Shown here piece by piece: positions 10,504 to 20,606 of a DNA stretch of 32,882 nucleotides. The first letter of the stretch is position 1. The number at the start of each line of letters is the position of its first letter. The DNA lies in assembly GCA_030295235.1 (NCBI GenBank), contig AP026145.1, forward strand, positions 930,001-962,882, given 5' to 3'. The translations under genes and the position numbers were made by a program. The notes below the pieces were generated by a model, which had not been told where the DNA came from, ran no database searches, and worked only from the letters and a program-made list of their open reading frames with translations. Source of the stretch: Fistulifera solaris. Lineage: Eukaryota.

Positions 10504-11598
10504 ATGACAAGATATCTGATAGTTTGGGCAGCCTTCGTGACAACGACGTCGTATGCCTTTGTTACGAGAAACGACGCTGCTTTCTCATCAATTCGTTTGC
10601 ATTCATCGCCACAATCGCAACCCGATGGTCGTCCTGCCGTCGGATACAATACTCCCAATAATATGCCTCCTCCTCCGGACTTCGCACCGCCCGGTGGAGA
10701 ATTAGCTCGGCCTCCCCAACAGCAGCCGTGGCAACCTCCTCAACAACAACAAGTGTGGCAGCAACAAGCTCCTCCCCAACGGGCCGGTCCTCTCAATCCA
10801 GATGACAACTGGAGACGCCCTCTTCAAGTAGATAATTATCAATACCGTACCGTTCAAGGAAATAGTCGGAAAACATTTAATACGATGGGAGGTCGCAATG
10901 AAGTCGAATTCTCCACGGACGGACGTGAACTCTATACCGACATGGAAGTGTGGCAGGGCCCCGACAACACACCGCAAACCATGAAGTGGTACGCTCAGGA
11001 TGGAAATCATCGCATTCGCGCGACTGTGACGTCCAGTCAATATCATTCCATCGAAACCAGAAACAGGGGAACGCTCGAATTCCCCATGAATGTACAAATG
11101 CAACCACAAGCACCCGGTTCTCCAACGGAACAACAACACCAACCCTTTCACGGCACCAATTCCGTTCCGGCAGTCGAATTTCGTCCCATCCCGAGTCATG
11201 AGGATCGCATGGCGAATCGCGATCCGAGTCGCGGCACGACCATTCAAGGAGATGGCAGTGTCAAGACGTACCCGATTGACCCTTACACGTCCAGTGTCCA
11301 AGTATTGCTGGACGGGCAAGGATTTCCAGTATACGCTCGCATTGAACTGTTGCAAGGACCGGATTGTGTCAAAATATTGGGTGAATTGTACAACGATGGC
11401 TTGCAAAATGGCGGTGAACCGGTCCGGACGGTTTTGGAAACACCCGGATACGGCAGTACACTTCGTGTGGTCAACACGGGGCCGATGGAATATCCCATCA
11501 TTTGCACCGTCGCCCCGGCTTCGTATGGTGAGCCAGTGCACAGTTATCAGCAACAGCAGAGTGTCTTTGATTCGAATGGACGGTATATCGGGTATTGA
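10504..11598 (+). CDS. Algal hypothetical protein with two internal repeats and a probable bipartite plastid presequence
   Basis: Signal peptide ending SYA-F (ASAFAP-like) and a P/Q-rich linker. Repeated module VQGNSRKTF..WQGPD..GTLEFPM / IQGDGSVKTY..LQGPD..GPMEYPI. Confidence 0.85.
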   Translation: MTRYLIVWAAFVTTTSYAFVTRNDAAFSSIRLHSSPQSQPDGRPAVGYNTPNNMPPPPDFAPPGGELARPPQQQPWQPPQQQQVWQQQAPPQRAGPLNPDDNWRRPLQVDNYQYRTVQGNSRKTFNTMGGRNEVEFSTDGRELYTDMEVWQGPDNTPQTMKWYAQDGNHRIRATVTSSQYHSIETRNRGTLEFPMNVQMQPQAPGSPTEQQHQPFHGTNSVPAVEFRPIPSHEDRMANRDPSRGTTIQGDGSVKTYPIDPYTSSVQVLLDGQGFPVYARIELLQGPDCVKILGELYNDGLQNGGEPVRTVLETPGYGSTLRVVNTGPMEYPIICTVAPASYGEPVHSYQQQQSVFDSNGRYIGY

Positions 11599-11960
11599 GA
11601 GACATGCATGCAAGCTATAGTGAAACGATATACTTATGCTAAATGGAAACTAAGACTCGATAGAAATAACTACACAATGCATTTTAACAAGTATTTGCTT
11701 GTAAAAGTATCCTTAGTTCGGTGGATTTTTTCAGATAAAGGCGCGCGCACCGCGGCCGTAATCAATGGAAACCCAATGTACAATGTAAGCTATAGTCATT
11801 CTCGGTCACCCGATAACTGAAGTAGCCTTCCGATGACTGTTTTCTTCCACAATATTCTTTCACAAAACGAAAACAATTGTTGCCCTTCATAAACACATTA
11901 AACAATCAGCAAACATTTCGTTCACATATATTTACTGCATTGAAGAGAATAAGAAGATCG

Positions 11961-13376
11961 ATGAGACGAAATAATTGCTTTTTAGGCTGTCTGTTGCTTC
12001 TTTTGCAGCAAAAATCACAAGGAGACGGCATTCAACAATCGGCACATCGGCAACTACAAGCAACAATCGACGCCACAACAGGCGATCTTACTGTTCTTGC
12101 TGGAACGGACTTTTGCTGTTCAAATGGTCTTCCGACATCAACCTCGTCGGCTAGCGCGGCGGCGAAGAATCGTCGAATGCTAAATACTCAACCGCATATT
12201 GGATGGACGGATCCGGGTGATTGGGTGGCTTATCCAGTGGAAATAACTTCGGCTGGTACTTATCAAGTTCACTTTCATGTATCCAGTCCATTTGGTGACG
12301 GAGGATTCGAGTTGGTGGATTTACAAACGCAGCAGTTATACGGAACCGTGGATACCATGCCCGTGACTACGAGCTGGGACACGTTTGAAACTATTTCTCT
12401 GCCCGTCACGTTGCCGGCTGGTCTCGTTTCGTTGCAAATACGACTATTGTCAGCCGGTTGGAATCTGTTGTGGCTAGCGGTAAGCAGCGAGGATAGTGTC
12501 GGAAGCATTCCGGGTGTAATTGTACCGCCACCGTCACCGGATGTAATTCTATCTCCCGACACCACTGCAATTCCAACAATACCCGCTGTGAGTAATCCAG
12601 CTACATCGACAGTAGCCCCCAATGTGACAGTGGCATTCGATGAGGTTACGTCTTTTCCTTCCATGAGCAGTTCCTCTTCAGAAACAATCATGCCAACACC
12701 AAATAATGCGACGTCACCAGTTCTTCCGATGCCGACACCGAATACAATTGCCACACCTTCGGTTCCATCCATACCGGTTGCTGTCCCAGTCCCTGCACCT
12801 TCGGCAACATTGCCTTCACCTCTAGCCACTGCTCCCATTCCATCTCCTTTGGCTGGCCCGACATCTACACTGCCAAGCGTTCCAGCCGCCAAACCACCGC
12901 ACAACAAACGTCCCTTCTTACACGAATTTATTACGTTCGAAGATTTTACGCGCACATCTCCCGACATTGTATGGCAGACGAGTGAAACGGAACAGCGCAC
13001 ACAAGCGGTTGAGTTGAAAACGGGCGACTGGATGGAATTTCAGTTAGCGATTCCCGTGGCTGGTCCGTATCAAGTACACGTTCGCACGTCCAGTCCCAAT
13101 GGAGAAGGTTCCTTTGAACTGGTTCACGTCGAGATGAACGAACTAACTCGGAACGAAACGGAAGTTTCGTTGGGTATGTTTACAGGATTCCCCACAACTG
13201 GTTCTTGGGAGGAGTACCTTCGAATGGAGCAAGAAATCACTTTACCAGCCTCGCCTTTGGGCGATGGCTTGTTGATGCGCATCAATGTTTTGGAGCCAGG
13301 ATTCAGTCTATCGTGGCTGTACATCGAACCTAGTGATCTATGGGACGCGATTGATGCTAGAGACGATGCAAACTAA
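11961..13376 (+). CDS. Secreted protein with two CBM6-like modules joined by a Pro/Thr/Ser-rich linker
   Basis: Signal-like N-terminus. Modules IGWTDPGDWVAY..SAGTYQV..TTSWDTF..GWNLLW and KTGDWMEF..AGPYQV..TTGSWEEY..GFSLSW match the CBM6 pattern. Confidence 0.85.
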   Translation: MRRNNCFLGCLLLLLQQKSQGDGIQQSAHRQLQATIDATTGDLTVLAGTDFCCSNGLPTSTSSASAAAKNRRMLNTQPHIGWTDPGDWVAYPVEITSAGTYQVHFHVSSPFGDGGFELVDLQTQQLYGTVDTMPVTTSWDTFETISLPVTLPAGLVSLQIRLLSAGWNLLWLAVSSEDSVGSIPGVIVPPPSPDVILSPDTTAIPTIPAVSNPATSTVAPNVTVAFDEVTSFPSMSSSSSETIMPTPNNATSPVLPMPTPNTIATPSVPSIPVAVPVPAPSATLPSPLATAPIPSPLAGPTSTLPSVPAAKPPHNKRPFLHEFITFEDFTRTSPDIVWQTSETEQRTQAVELKTGDWMEFQLAIPVAGPYQVHVRTSSPNGEGSFELVHVEMNELTRNETEVSLGMFTGFPTTGSWEEYLRMEQEITLPASPLGDGLLMRINVLEPGFSLSWLYIEPSDLWDAIDARDDAN

Positions 13377-14471
13377 ACAGTGGAAGAACAAGAGTTGAGA
13401 TGACTCATTCGTTCTATCATGATCCTGCAAAACGAAGCAATTCGGGCACTTAAACGGGCACTGACGAACAGGCTGTGCTTTCGATGATCTTGGACTCCCA
13501 TTGATAAGTTTATTTGTTTTTCTCCCTCAATTAAAAAGCATGGAGCGCGACCACGTCTGTTTAAGACTAAAGCATGACGCGTTGAAAACAATGTAGCAAC
13601 TTGACTGTTATCAAGTATGGTAGAAAAAAAGTTTCGTGTATAGTCTTATGATTACTCTGGCGCAACTTTCGTCACTGGACAAAGACTTTCACAACAATGC
13701 TCCGTTGTTTCGAGTAGCGGCGCCCATACATAGTTTTGTTAAGTCCCGAGTCTCGAGTCAGTCTGTAACCATTTTGCGGTTTGCACTTTGCGTTCATGTA
13801 TGATAAATCTTACCTAACCCCTTTTCACTATTGATGAGCCTGTAGTCGTTAGTGACACAGCCTGTACTTTATAAAACAAAATTGATTTTTTTAATATTGC
13901 CTTATGCACGTAATACAATAAGGAGAAAGGACAAGAGCCAATCAAAACTCACAGAGAAAAGAAAGGCATCCGTTTTCCGTAGTTTTTGTTTTTCCTTCAA
14001 GATACAGAACATAGTGCACGATAAGGATATTTAGAAGTTGCTCGGGATCCTTCAAATCCCACCCTACTTAAAGTTTTGCACTCTTTTAAAGACTAAGCAA
14101 ATTGGTCTTAGAGCATCAACCTTTGGTCCCACTTTTTAGTACAAGAAAAAGACATTCCAAATTTATTTAGGGGAAAGTGTGACATCGGCATAAATCCGAA
14201 AGTATTAGACATCTCAGGTGATTACGCCGTATTTATCCTTCGGTCGAGATTAAGCTCCGTTGGGACGGCTATTCTGCGCGCCATGGACCTGATAGAATTC
14301 ACGGTAAAGTGTAGTCGGTATTCGTTAGGCTTCGCCTTTAGGAATAGCTGATCGTAAAAGCCCTTTCCGACCAAGAAAGGACAAGATGCTTCACACAAAA
14401 TCACGTTTGTTGCCCCTCGTTTTTGTTTCGTTTCTTCATTTCCTTGCAAAGAAAGACAACAACAAATAGCC

Positions 14472-16069
14472 ATGTATCGATCACTTCTTATCAGTTTATT
14501 CTTGACATTGGTCCCTCGCGTGTCTGCAGAATGCGACGGCACTTGTACGCCCGACGGCGAAGCCTGTCAAGTCGATGGAATGCCGTGTTGCGAAACGGGA
14601 AGCTCTTGTTACGGATTCAACTTTTACAAGAAATGTCAGCCCCCTCCTCCGTGCTTGCGCGAATGGTTTGATTGCACGAGCGGAATGGCGGGTAATGTGC
14701 CGTGTTGTGACGGTATGGAATGTGTTTTGGGTGACGGCGAGCAATACGAATGTCAGCACATTTACGAGCCGATTCTTGTGGAAGACGTTCCTACTACTCC
14801 CGTGGCTCCTGTGGCTCCCGTTTCTGCTCCGGTCGAATCTACACCTGTTGCTTCTCCGGTCGAGCCGGTCGCAGAAGAAGAAACGGCCCCGATCACTCCT
14901 TGGTCGCCCGCCGATGAAGGTTACTTGTTCTTTGCGAACATGACCAACGCAGGTTCGCAAGATCCTTCGGCCTCAAATTATCAAGTGGTCGCCAAGGCTT
15001 ACATCAAAGCCGATTGTGCGGGTCCTCACTTGTGCATTTACGTCATGGCAGAGCCCGGTGTGGCTATTTCGTCGAACGAAGGATGGTTCAAAGATTATAC
15101 TTATTCGACTTCTACCATTCCCTTTGTCGCACCCGGATTGACTTTTCGCGAAGAGAATGGAGTGATTGTTGGTTGGTTTGGCTGCGTCACGGTTCCCTTT
15201 GATCTAGGAGCGACCGGAATGGGAGTTGAAATTCACGCCAATTGGGGACTAAAAGGCTCCAACTCGTTCGGGAACACGGCTTCTACTGGTAAAACGGGAA
15301 CTGCATTAGTCACCATGGAATATCCGGTATGCTTGAAACCGGCCTTTGTAGAAGGAGAAACGGCCCCCGTCGCACCGACTCCTCAGGCGACCCCCATTGC
15401 CGCACCGATCGAGTCTCCCGTCGCCGCACCAACTCCTACGTCTTCCGGTGCGATTGCCCCGAGCCCGGTCGCGGCCCCCACTCCGGTAGCTACTGAAGAA
15501 GCGGCACCGGTCCCCGTGACCGCTGCGACTCTCACAGAGGAAGGATGGACGTCGCTCTTCAGCATGTACAACGCTGGAAACCCCGACACGACGACTTCCG
15601 GCTACCAGTTGGCAGGAAAAGCGTGGTATAAGTACGATTGTGCGGCGCGATTGATCTGCTGGTTGGTCATGGCGGAGCCTGGCTTGAAATTTCCGGAACG
15701 GAAGCATGGTTCAAGGACTACGGTCATGGCAACAGTGCGGTAGAAGCCGTAGCTCCCGGCGTCACCTTCAAGATGACCAACAATGTCCGCACTGGCTGGA
15801 CTGGATGCTTCTATGAGCCCCTCGGCGCCACCGGGTCCATTGAAGTGCACGCCAACTACGGAGTCGCTGGAAGCGGAAAACTCGGCAACACCATGTCGAC
15901 CGGTAAATCAAATACTTTGGGCGGATACGCCAAGATCGATTACGATCACCACTGTGTTGGATTAGCTCCCACGTGTGCGGCTGCCGGTGCTAAATGCAAC
16001 GGAAGTATGCCGTGCTGCAATGGGCGAACGTGTCCGACCAGTGGCCCGAAAGTGTGCCCGAGCAAATAA
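14472..16069 (+). CDS. Secreted modular protein: 2 knottin-like modules, PA/T-rich linkers, two copies of a ~130-aa unknown domain, C-terminal knottin; frameshift ~15690
   Basis: Signal peptide and 6-Cys modules. ORFs 14472..15743 and 15638..16069 join at a T run, which restores alignment of the second domain copy with the first. Confidence 0.85.
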
Positions 16070-16795
16070 AAATACGAGATTCTTTCGTCTCACTTTCATC
16101 TTTGTATCCTCTGGTAACAACGCACCATCTCCTTTTGCATAATATATTCGTAAACATGAATCAACCTTATCCGAATGAATAATATAAGCGATTTTAATTG
16201 CATGTTGTATCGTCGTTAGACGGTGTATGTTTCGTGCGAAATAATTGTGTTGATCATTTTGCACTTTAAATTTTTTTATCGAGCAAATGAGCAAAGTGTA
16301 GGCGTAACTTCAAAATTGAAATTTAGTCATGAGTACAAAGTCGTCTTTGGTCCTTCATTTTCTTTTCTTGTCACTTTCATTACTTAGCCAAATCGGTTGC
16401 GATAGCGAACTATTGAAAAATTTTTGAAAGGTCTGTTGGAAGCACATAACATTTGAATTTGGAATGTTGTCCTATAGTACAATATCTTAGACTCATGACT
16501 GAAATGTCAGTCATGGCCAAAAACGGACAACTACGTTGTACTATAGTAGAACTCCAACGAAGGATCCGCGACGAATTTCGACAAGTTAAAGTGCTGTGTC
16601 TTGCAAACGGAGCTAATTTGGTAGCTTTAGCGTAAGGATGGCTATAGAAGAGAGCTTTGAGCTGTGACTTACGTAAAAATGAATACGAATCTACTTTTTT
16701 AAGTTCATGACTGAGTATCCAGTCTTGAAAAAGGTCTTTACTTTTCGATAGTAGCTCTTTGAAGTGACTGATTCGATCTTTTAGTCACGAAGGAG

Positions 16796-16811
16796 ACGTG
16801 GCGCGCCACGT
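16796..16811. promoter_or_regulatory. Perfect 16-bp palindrome ACGTGGCGCGCCACGT (two G-box-like ACGT cores)
   Basis: Directly visible about 145 bp upstream of the EamA ATG. Function is inferred. Confidence 0.35.
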
Positions 16812-16955
16812 GATACACAAAAGATACGTTTTCAATAACGCTCTTCGACCTTCGACCGCAAAAGAAAAACGCTCATTCTTGTCTCCTTTTGACTATTATA
16901 AGGTGTCAAACAAGGCGGCGTGTTTTTCTAGACAGCCAAACCCTGTATAGAGCTC

Positions 16956-18185
16956 ATGTTTCTGCTGCCGCTCGGAATATTAGCGTGTTGTGTGATGTTG
17001 GGCGAATCATGGACGTCTACTTCCAACTTGGTTCATCATCATCGTGGTCGTCAACACAACAAATTGCACCAAGCGCCTCTGTCGGAAACGGTAGCCTTAA
17101 GATCTTCCTTCAATACAACCGTGGGAATGGCAGATCCGCTCGATATCGGCAATGCTGTTGAGGACTATTCGGCATTTCCTTCCTTACCGATGCAATCACA
17201 ATCGACCTATCAATCGGGTTTGATCACCATCGGTTTTTGCACATTGGCTTTTGCCAGTTTATCTCCTATTTCAAAATTAGTATTGAGTGGTGAACAGGAA
17301 ATGAGTGTTTTACTTCTCAATGCAATGACAAGTACTTTGGCATTTCTCTTTGTTTGGATCGGAGGCCGTCTCTTGGAAACGACCTTTTTATCTTCGTCGG
17401 ATGATTTGAATATTCGTGATGAATCATCGAACACGAACAACGAAAATGCCTGGAAAGGGGGTCTCGAATTAGGATTATGGAAATCGTTGGGGACTACCGC
17501 TAATTTGTACGGCTTGAGTATGACAACGGCCGATCACGGTGCTTTTCTCATACAATTGACGACACTGATCGTTCCTACCGTGCAAGCCCTCTGCGGTGTC
17601 CCCATTCCGCGTCGCATACAAGGAAGTGTTTTCCTGGCACTCATGGGAGTCTTCTTATTTACACAAGACAGTACCTCTAGTGTAGCAGGCGCCACAACTA
17701 CGACGCATTCCACACAACAATTGGGCGACTTGTTATGCGTCGTGGCGGCTGGTTTCTACGCAACATATGATTTACGACTGTTTCAATGGGGACAGCGTGT
17801 TGCTCCACGGCCGCTGATGGTACGAAAGATATTCTTTCAAGCCATCTTGGCAATCACCTTTCTTTGCATCAGTCCGGAGCCGGTGGGGGAATTATGGCAA
17901 GATGCTGCTCGTTGGTGCACGCCGACGACCTTTGCGCTGGTGGTATGGAGCGGATTTATTGTCAATGCATTAGTACCGTTTCTACAAGTCACCGGCCAAC
18001 AAATCATCGGACCGACACGATCACAAACGATATACGCATCACAACCCTTATGGGCTTCTTTGATGAGTTTTGTACTATTGGGAGAGACTGTCGGCTTTCA
18101 AGGATTTGTCGGCGGTTCTGCGTTCTTGATAGCACTGATGTTGGCAGCCACTGCTGAACCACCGGAAAGCAAAGATGCGGCCTAG
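16956..18185 (+). CDS. EamA/DMT family transporter with N-terminal signal plus transit-like peptide
   Basis: About 10 TM segments; motifs GGLELG, AFLIQLTTLIVP, GDLLC, IYASQPLWA and LLGE. The N-terminus GES-W resembles a plastid bipartite cleavage site. Confidence 0.9.
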   Translation: MFLLPLGILACCVMLGESWTSTSNLVHHHRGRQHNKLHQAPLSETVALRSSFNTTVGMADPLDIGNAVEDYSAFPSLPMQSQSTYQSGLITIGFCTLAFASLSPISKLVLSGEQEMSVLLLNAMTSTLAFLFVWIGGRLLETTFLSSSDDLNIRDESSNTNNENAWKGGLELGLWKSLGTTANLYGLSMTTADHGAFLIQLTTLIVPTVQALCGVPIPRRIQGSVFLALMGVFLFTQDSTSSVAGATTTTHSTQQLGDLLCVVAAGFYATYDLRLFQWGQRVAPRPLMVRKIFFQAILAITFLCISPEPVGELWQDAARWCTPTTFALVVWSGFIVNALVPFLQVTGQQIIGPTRSQTIYASQPLWASLMSFVLLGETVGFQGFVGGSAFLIALMLAATAEPPESKDAA

Positions 18186-18229
18186 TCTTAGGCTCATGAG
18201 CCCTGGCAACGTTACTATCTATTTTATTT

Positions 18230-20108
18230 CTACTGAAGCGTATCTCCGACACACTGTGCAAGTCGTTGCTGATCCACATTCGAGAGTGAACCGTCACCCA
18301 ACAATGTGCCTCCTTCTCGAACGATTCGAATCACAATTTCGTTGCTGGACGTTGTATGCGCTGAAGGTTGCGTACTTGACGATCGGGTCGGTTGTATCAA
18401 AAGGACGTAGAATCCATAGCATCCCAAAAACAAACCATAGGCAAGTCACGACTCCGACACACAGCAATGCCCACTTCCAATGACGTGAAGCAGAAGATGA
18501 ACTATCCGCTTTTGGTAGAGATTGTGCCAGTAAACGCTGCTTCAGCGTCTCTAAGGAGGAAGTTGAATGTTTTACTCGACCTTGCGTTTGGGAGGCTAAA
18601 GTCGTCGTCGAACGTTTTTCTTCAAGAACCGAATCAAGGACGCGATAAAAATGTTGCACGGCCGTTTCTCCTTCCTTTGATTTAATGAAGGCTGGGCCCC
18701 ACGGATCACTAACGAGTGGAGCGCCATTCTCTGAGTCCAAAGTGGCTCGTGTACGGCTCGCTTCAAATACTTTCTTGGATTCTAGCGGTACATCTTCTAC
18801 ATCACATTTGATTGCAGACTCATCGTCGTCATTTATTGTTGTTGTCATCTCAATTTCGCTGTTTTCTGTAGTTCCATTCTTAGGCTGGTGCGTTCCGTGT
18901 TCATCGGCCGCCTCAATATTTCGAAATATCCCCTTTTGGAGAAACTCGACGTCGACTTCTTTCCGCACTTTTTCTGGCATTCCATCCATAGACCCGTCGA
19001 GCTGCTGTCGAATGGAAGATTCTTGATCCCAGTCAATGCACGCATGTCTTGAATCATGATTGCCTTCCTCCGATGGATCCTCGTTCTCATGTTCGTCATC
19101 ATCATCATTGCAAACAATTTGTGTGGGTAAATCGTCTGGTAACTTGCCCATACTACTCAATATAGCTTCTTCCACTGTGATCGGTGTACCATCGGGCTTG
19201 GTTCGATGGAGCAAGGAGAGTCGCGCATGGTGCAAATTCTGTTGATAGACATCTCGATCATGTCGCTGTTGTGGATTATTGTTCAATGTCATCTTGGCTT
19301 GTTCCATTTCCAGCGCATAACACAAATACGCCGTCACTTCTGCCCAGGCCGTCGTCGTTTGTGGATCATTCAATACTTGCGCTAACGACTGTACTACCGT
19401 CTTGCAATCCAAAATCAGTTGTTGTGTCTTCCCTGAACTGAGTACTTGCAACACTCGAATCCAGTACACACACAACTGATCGAGATAATCGTGACACTCG
19501 GTCGAATCACACCACGCGGCAAATTTAACCCAACAAGCCGTAAAATCCATCAAGGCTTGTCGACTCGCATCGGTCGCCAAAACTTGCACCAAATCCGCCC
19601 ACACAATCAAGAGTCGTTCGCGCAAGGCTTGACCGGACACCGTTTCGCACAATACCGAAAAGAAATGATACACACTACTCGACACAATCCGAAACCAATC
19701 TTGCAATCGTTCCGGTGTTTCGTTCTGCAACAAGTCCAGAACGGCATGCCACAATTGCGGCAAGACATATTTCTGTGTCACATGCAACGGCGGTTGGAGG
19801 AGCGTCCCCGTCGTCGAAAGAGTCACACCACCGGCAATGCGTAAGAATTCTAACGAAGCGGCTACCGCGGAACTAGCAATGCGATCGTGTAACGGAATGT
19901 CGTCTTCTTCTTGTACAGTCGTCACTCTCGGTGTATTTGGTTGTGTACTGCTTCGACTGCGATTATCGACACGTTGTGTATTTTGTCGATCAATCGAAGG
20001 ATATCCATTGCGTAGGGATGTAGCAGGAGAGTAATTGTGTACACTGGCTTGCGAAGAGGAGCCCGAACGACGTCGCCGTGAAGCGGAAGACGAATGCGTC
20101 GATGACAT
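18230..20108 (-). CDS. Hypothetical protein with C-terminal TM helix; probable frameshift ~18428
   Basis: ORF of about 600 codons. Removing one T from a T run gives a continuous TM (CLWFVLGCYGFYVLL) and an end at 18230 instead of 18294. Confidence 0.75.
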
Positions 20109-20606
20109 TGTCAAGCAAATTCAAATTGCGCTTACGACACGATTGATTCGCAAATCCGTTTCGCTTTAATTCTACACGAGTAACGCTAAAATTTTTAAGC
20201 GTAATAACGCACGTCGAAAATGATGAGATTATTGCAACAATGACAATACAAAAGGAAAATGATCGATGCGTCTTCTTCCTTGTCGGTCGATCTCGTCTTC
20301 GCGTGTTTGCTTCGATGACGACGATCGGCGATGACAGTCCAGTTTGTACTAGTTAAAATTGGTTTACGCGGATACTATGTCCATCCGTTACTCCACATTT
20401 AGACCCTTCAGTCTCGCATCGCGCTCTCGCAGCCTCTCAATTCATCTCATCGACATTTTTGTTTCTCGTCGTCAATAACAAAGTCATCTTCTCGAAAACA
20501 TGCATCTTATTATTCTTTTCTTATCTTTTCTTCTTATTAATATCCTTCCTATGAAATACTCTGTCACACATCAACAGAGAAGACAACAATTCTCATTTCA
20601 ATTCGT

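Noticed and set aside
10702..13000. Long minus-strand ORFs (303 aa and 241 aa)
   Set aside because: They are antisense to well-supported plus-strand genes.
16320..16790. Scattered TCATGACT-like motifs suggesting another MITE
   Set aside because: No clear TIR pair or TSD could be defined by eye.
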